A stretch of 64,000 bases of DNA from contig OY968769.1 in NCBI GenBank assembly GCA_963695345.1, positions 192,001 through 256,000 of the forward strand, written 5' to 3'. Below the pieces are notes generated by a model. That model was not told where the DNA came from. It searched no databases and saw only the letters and a program-made list of their open reading frames with translations. Positions 40,449 through 50,901 of this stretch are shown piece by piece (within the stretch, counting starts at the first letter, position 1; each line of letters starts with the position of its first letter). The position numbers and the translations under genes were made by a program. This stretch comes from an uncultured Methanomassiliicoccales archaeon (lineage in GTDB: Archaea; Thermoplasmatota; Thermoplasmata; Methanomassiliicoccales; UBA472).

Positions 40449-41663
40449 ATGGAAATGGGGAAGTGCTTCCTGAAACGCATCGCCCGGATGACTCCGATGC
40501 AGAAGGGAGCGGTACTGCTCATTATCGGGCTCATGCTGTACGGCTCGCTCATAGTGCTGGACGAGATGGTGCTCAGGCCGAACTTTCCCGGCGTACCGGT
40601 GAACAACGACATCGACTACTACCGGAACCGGACCATAGCGATATTGCACGGGGAGATACCGTACAAGGACTTCTCCATGGAATCGCCGCCGATCATCGAC
40701 TACATGATGGTCCCGGCGCAGCTGGTGGGCGGTGAATCATACCAGTATGCTTTATATTTCTCGTTGTTCAGCATATTCACCGGGATATCGTTCTACGCGT
40801 TCCTGCGCCGTTACGATGACCAGGCCGCTTTCATCGCCGGGCTGGCGTTCATCCTGATGCCTTTCGCGTTCATAGAATCGACCTTTGGCGTTCAGGACGA
40901 GGCGATATCCACTCTGATCTTCCTGTTGCCGCTGTTCATCTTCGTGCTCGGCCGGTTCAAGACCGCCGCCTTCGTCGATACCGTGGGCATATGGACCAAG
41001 TTCTTCAACGGGGTCATCTACCTAGTGCTCCTGATAAAGGCGCCCACCAGGAAGGACGCCCTGCAGATGTTCGGGATCACCGCGCTGATCACCTCCGCGG
41101 TGGCGGTACCGTTCCTGATCATAGCCCCGGACAAGTTCCTCAGCTTCCCGGCCTACTATTTCCTGCAGGACAAGAACGCCCAGACCGGAGGGATGAGCAT
41201 GTGGCACTTCTGGGACCTGGGCGGGTTCACCCTGCCTGGAACGATCGGCGTCATCATGACCTTCGTGGCGGTTCTGGTAGCGAGCTACTATATCTACCGG
41301 AAGCGGGACAGCACCACCTTCTGGGAGGGGTGCGTCATAGTGCTGCTGGCGTTCTTCTTCTTCTACCCCAAGATACACCTTGGCTACTACCTCATGATCG
41401 TCGCGCTGCTGCTGATGTGGGGGGCGTCCAACAAGAAGATCCTGGTCAGGTGCTTCCTGTCCTATGTCCCGCTATTCCTGGCAGTCCTGTTCGCTGAACA
41501 TGGTTCCAGTAGGCCGACCCTTGATTTCCCCGGCTCCTGGTTCATCGGTTTCCTGCTGGTGCTTGCGGGCAACTTGCTCCTCCTCGATACGTTCATAAAA
41601 GCGAGGAAGGAGCGGGTGTTCTTTGAGAGGTCGGAACCAGTTAGCCCAATTGAAGACAAATAA
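40449..41663 (+). CDS. Polytopic membrane protein, GT-C (GT87-like) glycosyltransferase
   Basis: DIDYY..GEIPYKDF.MESPP loop, VQDE, GIWTKFF and about 10 TM helices. Confidence 0.7.
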   Translation: MEMGKCFLKRIARMTPMQKGAVLLIIGLMLYGSLIVLDEMVLRPNFPGVPVNNDIDYYRNRTIAILHGEIPYKDFSMESPPIIDYMMVPAQLVGGESYQYALYFSLFSIFTGISFYAFLRRYDDQAAFIAGLAFILMPFAFIESTFGVQDEAISTLIFLLPLFIFVLGRFKTAAFVDTVGIWTKFFNGVIYLVLLIKAPTRKDALQMFGITALITSAVAVPFLIIAPDKFLSFPAYYFLQDKNAQTGGMSMWHFWDLGGFTLPGTIGVIMTFVAVLVASYYIYRKRDSTTFWEGCVIVLLAFFFFYPKIHLGYYLMIVALLLMWGASNKKILVRCFLSYVPLFLAVLFAEHGSSRPTLDFPGSWFIGFLLVLAGNLLLLDTFIKARKERVFFERSEPVSPIEDK

Positions 41664-41702
41664 TTATTATCTAGGGAATACATTTCCCATCTGGGATGGG
41701 AT

Positions 41703-42230
41703 GTGGAATCGCACGAAGGGATAGTTGAAGATTTTTCTGACTATGAACCTAGTCCGATCGATGAACATCTGGTCGAGCTACACACAGTCGATGACCTCGA
41801 CGTTGTGGAGTTCTTTGTCGGCGGCGAACCGGTGCCGCAAGGTTCGACGAAATCATTCTACATCAAGAAGCTGAACCGGGTCGTCACCACGCACGGCAAC
41901 AAGAACACCAACCGTTGGAGGGAACGCATCGCCCACGAGGCGCAGTGCACCGACGAGGCCCGTAAATGCACGTTCTTCTCGGATGACCGGCGGAAGGGCT
42001 ACGACGTTCAATTGAGCTTTGTCTTCACTAAGCCGAAAAGCACCCCGAAGAAGTACACGCTCAACACCAAGCGCCCGGACCTGGACAAGCTCATAAGGGC
42101 AGTGCTCGATGGCATCACCGACGTCCTGATCCCGGACGATGCATTGGTGGTATCGATAACCGCCAGCAAATGCTACGGCGATGGGAATCAGCCGCCTGGA
42201 TTGAGGATAAAGGTCACCCGGCTGAAGTAA
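41703..42230 (+). CDS. rusA: RusA-family Holliday junction resolvase
   Basis: FFVGGEPVPQGS, WRERIA, KRPDLDKLIRAVLDGIT..DDALVV..K.YG. Confidence 0.88.
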   Translation: MESHEGIVEDFSDYEPSPIDEHLVELHTVDDLDVVEFFVGGEPVPQGSTKSFYIKKLNRVVTTHGNKNTNRWRERIAHEAQCTDEARKCTFFSDDRRKGYDVQLSFVFTKPKSTPKKYTLNTKRPDLDKLIRAVLDGITDVLIPDDALVVSITASKCYGDGNQPPGLRIKVTRLK

Positions 42231-42639
42231 GGCATCTCATACGTCCTCGGTCTGGATTATGCATGTCTGATATTAGACACCATACAAAGCCAGACAGATA
42301 GGGGACCGGCGTTGGATCGGCACTCATAGGGCTCATCATATCCTTTCGGATCAGCTGACCCTCTTCTCTTCATCTCCAAGCTTCTTCTGCCGGAGTCCCC
42401 TATGATCCCATGTCATGACTGGCTGTTGCTTAAAGGTTTGGTAGTGTCATGAAAGCGGGTGATCCTGTAAGGGATTGATGGGAGCCGTGGGCCATAATTG
42501 TCGGTGTTGTGAATAGGACAGAGAATCGACGAATTGACAAAGCGCCGACAGAAAAGTTAATTCGTTTTCGGAGATAAGCATCCTTTACCGCATAACGGCA
42601 CGCCACTATGCGGTGCAACAAACATTTGGTGAACTTAAC

Positions 42640-42792
42640 ATGAAGAAGAAATCTCTGAGCATGATGAAGAGCAAGTTCGTGGGACTCCCCTACTCGCTAA
42701 CAGTCGCGCACCAGATCGAATCCAACGGTTACGGGTTCGTGGTGTCAATGGAGACCGGGACCATCCGCGACGTGTTCGAGCCTGGGGAGTAA
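42640..42792 (+). CDS. Small hypothetical protein, 50 aa (below the ORF-track cutoff)
   Basis: MKKKSLSMMKSKFVGLPYSLTVAHQIESNGYGFVVSMETGTIRDVFEPGE*; GGTGA RBS; GC3-rich codons; T-tract downstream. Confidence 0.6.
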   Translation: MKKKSLSMMKSKFVGLPYSLTVAHQIESNGYGFVVSMETGTIRDVFEPGE

Positions 42793-43009
42793 TCGGGAAC
42801 GGGGTTTTTTAGATGAAGCTGCCATTGCGAAGACGGTGCGGGGACATGTTCTTGGAACAGGATCTGGTAGCTTTCAAATTCGTTCAAAGACGGTAGGCCG
42901 AGGAGGCCATTGTCCTAATTGTGGCCTTATTCCCAATTCCATTCCCTGGGCACATCCGGTAAATATTGGATTATCGGTACGTCGCTGGATCGAAAGAAGG
43001 CCTCTGAGG

Positions 43010-43360
43010 ATGGAAGCGGAGAACATCATATTTGCTATCACGTACGTCGCGCTCGGACTCTTATTGATGGCCATATCCGACCCGCTGAAAAAAGGTAAGG
43101 TGGCCATGAACCACTTCTACGGGGTCCGGCTGAAGAAGAGCTTCACTTCGGAGAAGAACTGGTACCTGATGAATTCATACGGGGGAAGGCAGCTTCAGAT
43201 CTGGTCCGTGGTACTGGTTGTTCTGGGCATCCTGGCCTTATTCATCCCGTTTGACGGCAATGAATCGGTGATCATCCTGTTCGCGTTCCTGCCTGTTGTA
43301 GTCCTAGTGGTCCCGACAATACTGATCGTTCGGTATTCCAGGACTTTGGACGATTTCTGA
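43010..43360 (+). CDS. SdpI/YhfL-family membrane protein
   Basis: MNHFYGVRLKKSFTSEKNWYLMNSYGG between TM helices. Confidence 0.8.
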   Translation: MEAENIIFAITYVALGLLLMAISDPLKKGKVAMNHFYGVRLKKSFTSEKNWYLMNSYGGRQLQIWSVVLVVLGILALFIPFDGNESVIILFAFLPVVVLVVPTILIVRYSRTLDDF

Positions 43361-43862
43361 CCTTCAGGAAGACCGGTGAAGTCTCAAGGGTTTGGTTGAA
43401 ATCATCAGAAATGGATAGGAAAGGGTATCCATTCGGCCAGGTCCACCATTGCATAGCTGAATGATGGTCATTCCCCTCGCGGATCCGCTCACTCCTTGAA
43501 CCGGCATCCCCGTGACGAAGAGCACGACCGTAACGGCACGGTGACCATAAGGCCGATAACCAGATTGCGCAGGACGACCTCAACATAAGCTGGCTCCTCT
43601 GTAGATTACTCCCTCAAGAGGTCCGCGATGTATGTAGCAGGCATCAGATGAACCAGGACGTCCAGCACTCCTGTCGAGCTATCAATCGGCATTATTCCAC
43701 AGGGGAACCGCTGGGAGAACCTGTTCGTCTCTGCCTGGCCGACATCTTTGGGCTGGACAACTGAAAATGCCCGACCACCATGACGCCGAAGGCTCTGCCG
43801 AGGAGTTGTCCTAGCATAGCAAGTTTGATGCCCCAGCGGATGAATATGATCGAACGATCACC

Positions 43863-44108
43863 ATGCCCAGCGCGATAGTGATTCTGAATACGGACATTGG
43901 CAAGGAGAACGAGGTGGCGGAGTCCATCAGCAAACTTCCTGGTGTGGAGTCGTCCCATGTGGTTTACGGGTTGTACGACATTGTGGCCAAGGTAACTTCC
44001 AGAACGAACGAAGAGTTCGATACGATGATCATGAGCAGGATAAGGCAGATCCCGTTCGTGCGTTCCACGCTTACCCTGATCGTTAGCCGGGAATACAAAA
44101 GAACATGA
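43863..44108 (+). CDS. Lrp/AsnC ligand-binding (RAM) domain protein
   Basis: V.E.HVVYGLYDIVAKV..IRQIPFVRSTLTLI. Confidence 0.9.
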   Translation: MPSAIVILNTDIGKENEVAESISKLPGVESSHVVYGLYDIVAKVTSRTNEEFDTMIMSRIRQIPFVRSTLTLIVSREYKRT

Positions 44109-44152
44109 CCGGATGAGACATACGGCACCTCAAGCAAGAGTAGGGTGAGCGA

Positions 44153-44788
44153 TTGGACAAGTTCTCGGAGGACCTCGAGTCCTTGATCGAGCGTCTCGTG
44201 AAGGATGCGGAACCGGAGGTAGAGGAGAGCATCAGAAGACTCGAGGAACGGCTGGTCGAACTGCGGGAGAAGAACCTGCTGAAGATCAACCACTCGGTGC
44301 TGGAGCTTATCGTCGCCAAGTTCCTCATCTGTGACGGATTCGATGTGGACCTGGAGCATGTCCTCGATTCCGGACTGAGCTGCGACGTCTACGCGGTGAA
44401 GGGAGACGGAACACTGATCGTCGAGGTGGAGACCGGATTCGTCCCGCCCGCACACGCCCTGGACCCGATGGACTACATCCGGGCGAGGATCGCCAGCAAG
44501 ATCGCGCGCTACAGCAACCATTGCCATAAGTTCAGCCTGGCCGCCCCGCCGCACTACATCATGCCGGTTCCCCGGTTCTTCGTCAGGCCGCCCCGCACCC
44601 GTTCCGAAGAGGAGCTGGAATGGATAAAACGCTATTGCGATATGTACTACACGAGACCACCGGTGTCGATGGACGAGATCCTGAACTCCAGGATACATAG
44701 CGTACAGATCATCGATGTGGACACCGCCACCGTCAGGGATATCGATCCGGTCAGCTACATTGAGCGATGCGAGAAGTGGTACGTCTGA
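44153..44788 (+). CDS. Archaeal protein with a PD-(D/E)xK nuclease-like motif
   Basis: N-terminal coiled coil; CDVYAVKGDGTLIVEVETG; RIASKIARYS. Confidence 0.6.
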   Translation: MDKFSEDLESLIERLVKDAEPEVEESIRRLEERLVELREKNLLKINHSVLELIVAKFLICDGFDVDLEHVLDSGLSCDVYAVKGDGTLIVEVETGFVPPAHALDPMDYIRARIASKIARYSNHCHKFSLAAPPHYIMPVPRFFVRPPRTRSEEELEWIKRYCDMYYTRPPVSMDEILNSRIHSVQIIDVDTATVRDIDPVSYIERCEKWYV

Positions 44789-44863
44789 GTGTTGGATGGC
44801 GCTTCCTTTTTGAGCTACCGCTTGCAGTAACTGGATCCATCCCCTCGGTCGATGCCGGGTCTC

Positions 44864-46117
44864 TCAGGTGTATGCGACCCTGCTCTGATCGACCGAAAGA
44901 TGCCCGACCAGGCCTTCCAACGCTTGCCTGGTGGCCTCCTTGGGCTCGCTATCGTTCTGGTAGCCCATGGTCACCGACATCGCCCCGCGGAATGTGGAGG
45001 CCACGAAGCAGGTGGAAGGCATCAGCGAACCGGGATAGCAGACGTAAGCATCCCTCAGACCGCTGACCGCCGGAAGGGAGAATGAACCGGGATTTGAGAT
45101 GAAGATATTGGAAAGACCGTCGTTCTGCCTCCTCGCCATCTCCTGGACCATGCGGTGCACGACCTCGCCTTCCGGGTCTGAGAAACGGTCGAAGGCCACC
45201 TGTTCCCGGATGCCGACCAGACCTGCTTTCAGGCGTTTCGTTTCCTTGATGACCTTGGCCATCGTCGCCTCCGTCCCCTCTCCCGTTTCCCTGCTGATCG
45301 GGAAGGATATGTTGGCCGCCTGGTTGCTCATGATCCTGGTGCCGTCGGTCAAGATGCCTGCCGGAGGTTCACCGGGAACGACAGGTTGTATACCCCGCGG
45401 TCGCCGGTCATGTCGCTCAGCGAGAGGAAGTAAGCGGACAAAAGCAGATCGTTGATCGTGCCTCCGCAGGCGTTTGCCGCCTGTTTGATCCGCTGGACAT
45501 CCTCATGAGGGATGACCGCCCGGTGGTATGATGAGGGCTGTTGGGACCGGCCGCAAATGGAAGGCCACATCGAATTTTCAATATCCAGCGCCGCATCCGG
45601 TACTTCGCTGTCCTTGATGAGGTCCGCCGTCCACAGGGTGTCCCTGACCGGAAGGCCGGCGCTCATTCCGTGGGACCGAGGTAGGATCGAGATATGCTTC
45701 CAGGAGGGTGTTGGCCATCACCATCAGACCGAAACCGTCGGCGGCCGCGTGGGCAAGGTTGATGATTACCACATCGCGGTCCGGCGTGCGGAGAAGCCTG
45801 ATCTTGGACTGCGCTTTGCCATACGGGTCCATGGCCAATGGGACGAAGGGACGATAGTCCCGTTCCTGGATGAAATTGACCGAGAATAGCTCGTCGTTTC
45901 CCTGCTTGTCCATGAGCTCCCAGTAGGCGGGACCGCGCCCCCGGACCAATCTGGAGCCGAGGATCGGGAAGGCGTCCGTGCATCGGGTGGCCGCCTCGAA
46001 CAATCTGCCCATGTCAAGACGGCGGTCGAACTCCATAACGGCGATCATCGTTGCATCTCCCATCAAACGGACCGAGTCGGTGAAGAGGTCGAGCGATGAT
46101 GCCGGCTGGCGCTGCAT
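44864..46117 (-). CDS. Stand-alone condensation-domain / CoA-dependent acyltransferase (two frameshifts)
   Basis: FPILGSR, NLAHAAADGFG (HxxxDG), GGTINDLLLSAY, FPVNLR, ISNPG. Confidence 0.78.
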
Positions 46118-46313
46118 GCCCCGATGAACAGGGGTTCTTTTATTAATTGAATATGGAACGGTTCCATTTTCCGAAAATGTCACGTTTTAGAGCGGTATGG
46201 AACAAGCCTTGACCGGAACGGAATAGAGGGCGCTGAATGGCGTGGATCCACGAACCGACAAGATGAGAACGGTACGGAATCAACTTTGAAATAATAGCGT
46301 GACATTCGTTCAC

Positions 46314-46946
46314 ATGCCTATGATCGATTCGGCACTGGTGTTCCTGGCGTCCGTCGCTGTCATCACCGTCTCCGGAGCGTTCATGCCCGGTCCTTTGTTC
46401 GCCGCCACCATCGCTAAGAGCTACAACGATCCCAGGGCGGGGATAAAGGTGACCGCGGGGCATGCGGCCATCGAAGTGCCCCTCATAGTCGCCATCTTCC
46501 TCGGGTTCGATCTTGTCCTTAGGGACCAGACGGTGTTTGCCTACATCGCTCTTATTGGCGGCATCATCCTAATGTACATGGGAGTGTCGGAGCTCAGGGC
46601 CAGGAAGGCCATCGTACAGGAGAGGGACGACGGTCAGGGTTCGTTCACCACCGGCATGATAACCACCATAACGAATCCCTACTGGGTCTTCTGGTGGGCG
46701 ACGGTCGGAGCCGCGCTGGTGACCACCGCCATCGGTTATGGGCTGATCATCCTCCCGATGTTCATCGCCACGCATCTGGCGGTCGACCTCGGATGGAACC
46801 ATTTCGTGGCCACCACTGTCTACCGGTCGAAGGGACTGTGGGATCACAAATGGCACGAGTACCTTATCCTGGCTGCGGCGATCATCATGATCTTCTTCGC
46901 ACTGTACTTCCTGTACAGCTCGATAACCACACTGGTAAGGTTCTGA
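46314..46946 (+). CDS. LysE family transporter
   Basis: SGAFMPGP, GHAAIE, TITNPYWVFWWATVG. Confidence 0.92.
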   Translation: MPMIDSALVFLASVAVITVSGAFMPGPLFAATIAKSYNDPRAGIKVTAGHAAIEVPLIVAIFLGFDLVLRDQTVFAYIALIGGIILMYMGVSELRARKAIVQERDDGQGSFTTGMITTITNPYWVFWWATVGAALVTTAIGYGLIILPMFIATHLAVDLGWNHFVATTVYRSKGLWDHKWHEYLILAAAIIMIFFALYFLYSSITTLVRF

Positions 46947-47197
46947 ACGAGCACGGTGGTTGCAGGACCTCCGATGGTGCTCGGAATAGACGATGCGGCT
47001 ACATTATCTGAAATGCTTACCGGTCATGAATCGAAAGGACCAGGTATCAAACCTCATCTGGGGAACGATTGTTCACATCCATATGTGATTCCGGTAGATT
47101 TGTCCAGGACCTTTTCGTCCCCGTTTGAGCTCATGAGAAAGTGGATACCCACACTCATAAAGTTAAGTACCGCTCAACGATTTACCTGTCCGTATAA

Positions 47198-47590
47198 ATG
47201 TCCCGGGCGTACAAGGACCACAAGATCTATTCATGCTTCGCGCTCAATCTTCTAGTCTCGAAGCTGAACATCGACCTGTACCAGGACCATCTGGAGGAAA
47301 AGATCGACCGGATACTCTCGGAACATTCTGGAGGGATCTCCAAGGAGGAGATCAAGCATGAGATCCGCTCTAACCACTTCATGACCAACAAGGTCATCGA
47401 GAGATTGGTGGAGGACCGGCTGGTCACCGTCGAGGCCAAGGAAGGGCGCTATGATGTTAGGATCACCAAGGAAGGGGTGCTCCACATTCGTAAGTACAAC
47501 GAGTTCTTCCTGAGCATGTACCGGGAGCAGATCGAGGAGCACTACCAATACAGCGGCATGCCTCACTGGGCCCGGGGCAAGGGACGGTGA
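47198..47590 (+). CDS. Winged-helix DNA-binding protein
   Basis: ISKEEIK..TNKVIERLVEDRLV..YDVRITKEG. Confidence 0.7.
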   Translation: MSRAYKDHKIYSCFALNLLVSKLNIDLYQDHLEEKIDRILSEHSGGISKEEIKHEIRSNHFMTNKVIERLVEDRLVTVEAKEGRYDVRITKEGVLHIRKYNEFFLSMYREQIEEHYQYSGMPHWARGKGR

Positions 47591-48399
47591 GGATCGGCGA
47601 TGAACGGGATGAACTCGTATGTGCCATCCTCGTTCTCGATCACCAGCTCCATCGTCGAGATGAATGTGCGGCCCATATGATTGAACTGCATCGATGAATT
47701 GGTGAGCATCTCATAGGCCGCTTCGGACAGGTCCTGGTCCCTCGCCCTGGTCCACAGGGCTATCACCCGCGACGGCGGCATTCTCGTGCTTGCGCACACA
47801 TCATCCACCGCCCTTTTCATCGCCACCAGGTCCTCGACCCGGGGAGCGGCGGCGAATTGCTTGACGAACAGCTGGTATCCGGGATATCCCATCCCGAAGA
47901 AGCCCCATAGGATGCCGTGGTCGACGCTCACCTGGAGGTCGAACTGGTACATCAGGCCGCTCCTGCCGCGAAGGACGACCGGAGACGGCGCGGAGAACAG
48001 GGACCGCATCATGTCCGGGTTGCGCGCGCCCAGATAGGACCGGAGCCGGTCCAGCGGAGTGTTCCCTTTCGGAACGTAGAGCACGGGGTCCGCGTCCCTG
48101 ACGGCGAGGATGACGTTGTGGCGCATGGCATAGTATTTGAAGAAGTCATTGAGCTGGCGGATGAGCGCGATGGTGGCTATTCCCAGAATGAAGAAGCCTA
48201 TCAGAACGATCCCGATCAACGGGTTGCTCCCGATGGTCGCCAGTATCAGGATGAAATCGAGCAGCAGCCAAAAACCGATGAAGATGGTGGAATAGGTTAC
48301 CAGCTTCCTGATCTTCGGGGCCTCTTTGTTGACATCGTCGGCCAGCTCGAAGATCGCGGAGATGGGGTTCTCCACCGCCCTGATGTCAGCTGAGCTCAT
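47563..48399 (-). CDS. Two-TM membrane protein with a restriction-endonuclease-like C-terminal domain
   Basis: Two TM helices; LRGRSGLMYQFD motif typical of archaeal Mrr-like folds. Confidence 0.55.
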   Translation of the reverse strand: MSSADIRAVENPISAIFELADDVNKEAPKIRKLVTYSTIFIGFWLLLDFILILATIGSNPLIGIVLIGFFILGIATIALIRQLNDFFKYYAMRHNVILAVRDADPVLYVPKGNTPLDRLRSYLGARNPDMMRSLFSAPSPVVLRGRSGLMYQFDLQVSVDHGILWGFFGMGYPGYQLFVKQFAAAPRVEDLVAMKRAVDDVCASTRMPPSRVIALWTRARDQDLSEAAYEMLTNSSMQFNHMGRTFISTMELVIENEDGTYEFIPFIADPHRPLPRAQ

Positions 48400-48502
48400 T
48401 CCTAGCGAACTCGGAATCATGATATATAAAACCCTAAGAAAGATTGTTGAGTAACAATCCTGCATGGCGGGATAAGACCCCGAGGCCGAATATCGTCCCA
48501 AG

Positions 48503-50008
48503 ATGAAAACCATGAGGTCCACTTACATAGGCATTGCATCGGTCCTTGCCGTAGCCCTCCTGATCTCGGGGAGCATGGCAGGCATCGCGAGCGCGGCACC
48601 GTCCGATCCGATGGACAATATCCGGATCGAACAGGGAACGACATCCGAATTCGGGGGCGGCTCGTACGTGGCCGTGAACATGACGGACGGCACCAACATG
48701 GCCTGGTTCGGTGTGGTTTACGGTTCCGAGGGGAGCCCTGGACCGATAACCCTGGGCGGGCTCAACCTGAGATACCTGGGAGGGGCCCAGGTGATGAACA
48801 GTGAAGGGACCGTGCTGGTCGACGCCGTCCCGATACCTATTCTGACAGCGTTCGCACAGCAGATGTTCGGCATCGTGGAGTTCAACGATACCGGTTATAA
48901 GGTCGCTGTCGGCAACGCTTCCCAGACCTGGGGGGCGAACAACGGTTTGTTCGACTTCAGCACGAACAAGCGGATCTTCGCCGACAACGATCCGACGGCC
49001 AAGTACGAACCGATCTACAAATACGTGGAGCTGAAGCAGGCCTGGAAGCTGTCACCGGTGGAGATCGTGAACAATGAGGTCGAACAGACCAAGCACATCA
49101 CCTTCTCATTGTATGTGGAGAATGTCACATATACCAAGGTCTATGACCCGAACTTCCTGTTCGGGCCGCAGTGGAGGAACGGAACCGTTGAGGACGGGAC
49201 GGTCGCCAAGATCGCCTTCGTTTTCCACATCACCGCCTCCGCCAGATCGGTAACCGCCGAGGTGCCGTTCTACTCGGTCAAGATCGACAACAGCAAGGTC
49301 GTCTCCTCCGCACAGATCCAGTCAAGGAACTACACGGGCGTCGCGACGCAGACCGACTTCAAGTACGACCATATCGTGAACGGCTGGGACTTCTCATCCT
49401 CTGCCCCGACCGAGCGGCTGATGCTGGAGAACGGCATCTTCTATGCGGTCTACGTTCCCAAGGTCGTCGAACAATGGTATAACGCCCAGTTCATCAAGAA
49501 CCATGTCGATGGCGGAGCTGGCGTGATGGAATACAAGGATGCGAACGGTACGCAGATCGCCAGTGACCCTTCCCAGGTGCCATCGAAGGCTACCATGATC
49601 ACCAAGGACGGCATCAACTTCAAGGACAACTGGGAGAAGACCGGCGCCCTGACCTGGGTTTCGAACGTGACCGTCGACGGGCAGGAAAAACTGATGTCCT
49701 ACCAGATACACGCCGGCGACAAGACGATCGTCCCGGTCGAGGAGAACAAGGGGGACGGCTTCGCCAAGCTGTGGGTGGTCCTGGGCGGTTACATCTATCC
49801 GGCCGGAATGAGCATCATGCACGACCCGGTCCTCTCACTGGGCAGCGTACAACTGGAAATGGGCCAGGGAGCCGCCATAGTGGTCGTGGCGATTGTTGCG
49901 GCCATCGTGATCTGCGGGGTTTGCGTCCTGGGCGTGTTGATGCTGAGGTGGAGCTCCCGCAAGAGGAACCAGAAGACCGGAGGCCAGGTCCCGCCGCCGT
50001 TCAGGTAG
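48503..50008 (+). CDS. Secreted, C-terminally anchored cell-surface (glyco)protein
   Basis: Signal peptide (..ASAA|P), many N-x-S/T sequons, C-terminal TM helix plus basic tail. Confidence 0.8.
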   Translation: MKTMRSTYIGIASVLAVALLISGSMAGIASAAPSDPMDNIRIEQGTTSEFGGGSYVAVNMTDGTNMAWFGVVYGSEGSPGPITLGGLNLRYLGGAQVMNSEGTVLVDAVPIPILTAFAQQMFGIVEFNDTGYKVAVGNASQTWGANNGLFDFSTNKRIFADNDPTAKYEPIYKYVELKQAWKLSPVEIVNNEVEQTKHITFSLYVENVTYTKVYDPNFLFGPQWRNGTVEDGTVAKIAFVFHITASARSVTAEVPFYSVKIDNSKVVSSAQIQSRNYTGVATQTDFKYDHIVNGWDFSSSAPTERLMLENGIFYAVYVPKVVEQWYNAQFIKNHVDGGAGVMEYKDANGTQIASDPSQVPSKATMITKDGINFKDNWEKTGALTWVSNVTVDGQEKLMSYQIHAGDKTIVPVEENKGDGFAKLWVVLGGYIYPAGMSIMHDPVLSLGSVQLEMGQGAAIVVVAIVAAIVICGVCVLGVLMLRWSSRKRNQKTGGQVPPPFR

Positions 50009-50177
50009 GTCAGTGGCGGAAGAAACCCTTTCCACCATTTCTCGAAGGCAGAAGCCCTTCCTATCAAATTCGATATTCCAGATGGTCGGATCAGTGACGG
50101 GACAAGAATTGACCTAGTTGCTGACCACAGGTCATTGACCGGCAATGATTTTTATCAAGGAACGTTTGTCGTTGCTC

Positions 50178-50666
50178 ATGGACCAAAAGATCGAGAGGTT
50201 GCTGCAAAAGTATTACGAGAAGGACTATTACGATTACCGAGAAGACCTGATCGCCGACCTTGGAGAACTGGATGATGATGCGATGGAGATCGCATTGGAG
50301 GCCCGGGTCAGCAAGATGTTACCCCTGGTCGACTCGATCGGGCACCAGTTGGACCTGACCTACCCAGACCTATCGGTCGAGGAGATCGTCCTGGCGATCA
50401 AGTACCTGATCGACGGCGAGATGGGCGGTTCGGTCATCATCTACGAGGATGAAGTGCTGGAGTTCCCGAAATTCACCAAGGAGGCGGAGCAGGTCGGGGA
50501 CAAGATAAACTCCTGGATCGAGGCGTTCATGAGCAAGAAACATGTGAACTTCGAGATCGTGGAGATCGTTTACGTGTTCGATGAGCTGATACGCGGTTTC
50601 CGCGGCAGCGAACAGGAGGACCAGTTCATCCTGATCCCGGAAGAGGAAGAGGACGAGGAGGACTGA
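50178..50666 (+). CDS. Highly acidic hypothetical protein
   Basis: Open frame with host-like codon usage; EEEEDEED tail. Confidence 0.7.
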   Translation: MDQKIERLLQKYYEKDYYDYREDLIADLGELDDDAMEIALEARVSKMLPLVDSIGHQLDLTYPDLSVEEIVLAIKYLIDGEMGGSVIIYEDEVLEFPKFTKEAEQVGDKINSWIEAFMSKKHVNFEIVEIVYVFDELIRGFRGSEQEDQFILIPEEEEDEED

Positions 50667-50901
50667 AAAACATAATTGCCGACCATGGCAAAATCCCAAC
50701 TCCTTTTCATTATTCCTTACGCTGATGACAATGATGTTCCATGAACGATCACCAACTCATCAGGAAGTTTTTAACTCATTTGGAAGAACTAACAGTCGAA
50801 GGTAAGTTGGTGCTCAGGCTCTCGTTTAGTTCGATCCGGTCAGGCCAATGGTGAAAAGATATCTGGAAACCGGCTACGGCCTGGAAAATTTACCGACCGC
50901 C

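Noticed and set aside
43470-43610. Minus-strand hydrophobic fragment (YVEVVLRNLVIGLMVT..VLFVTG) resembling a membrane-protein C-terminus
   Set aside because: Too short and broken, with no start codon; cannot be supported as a feature
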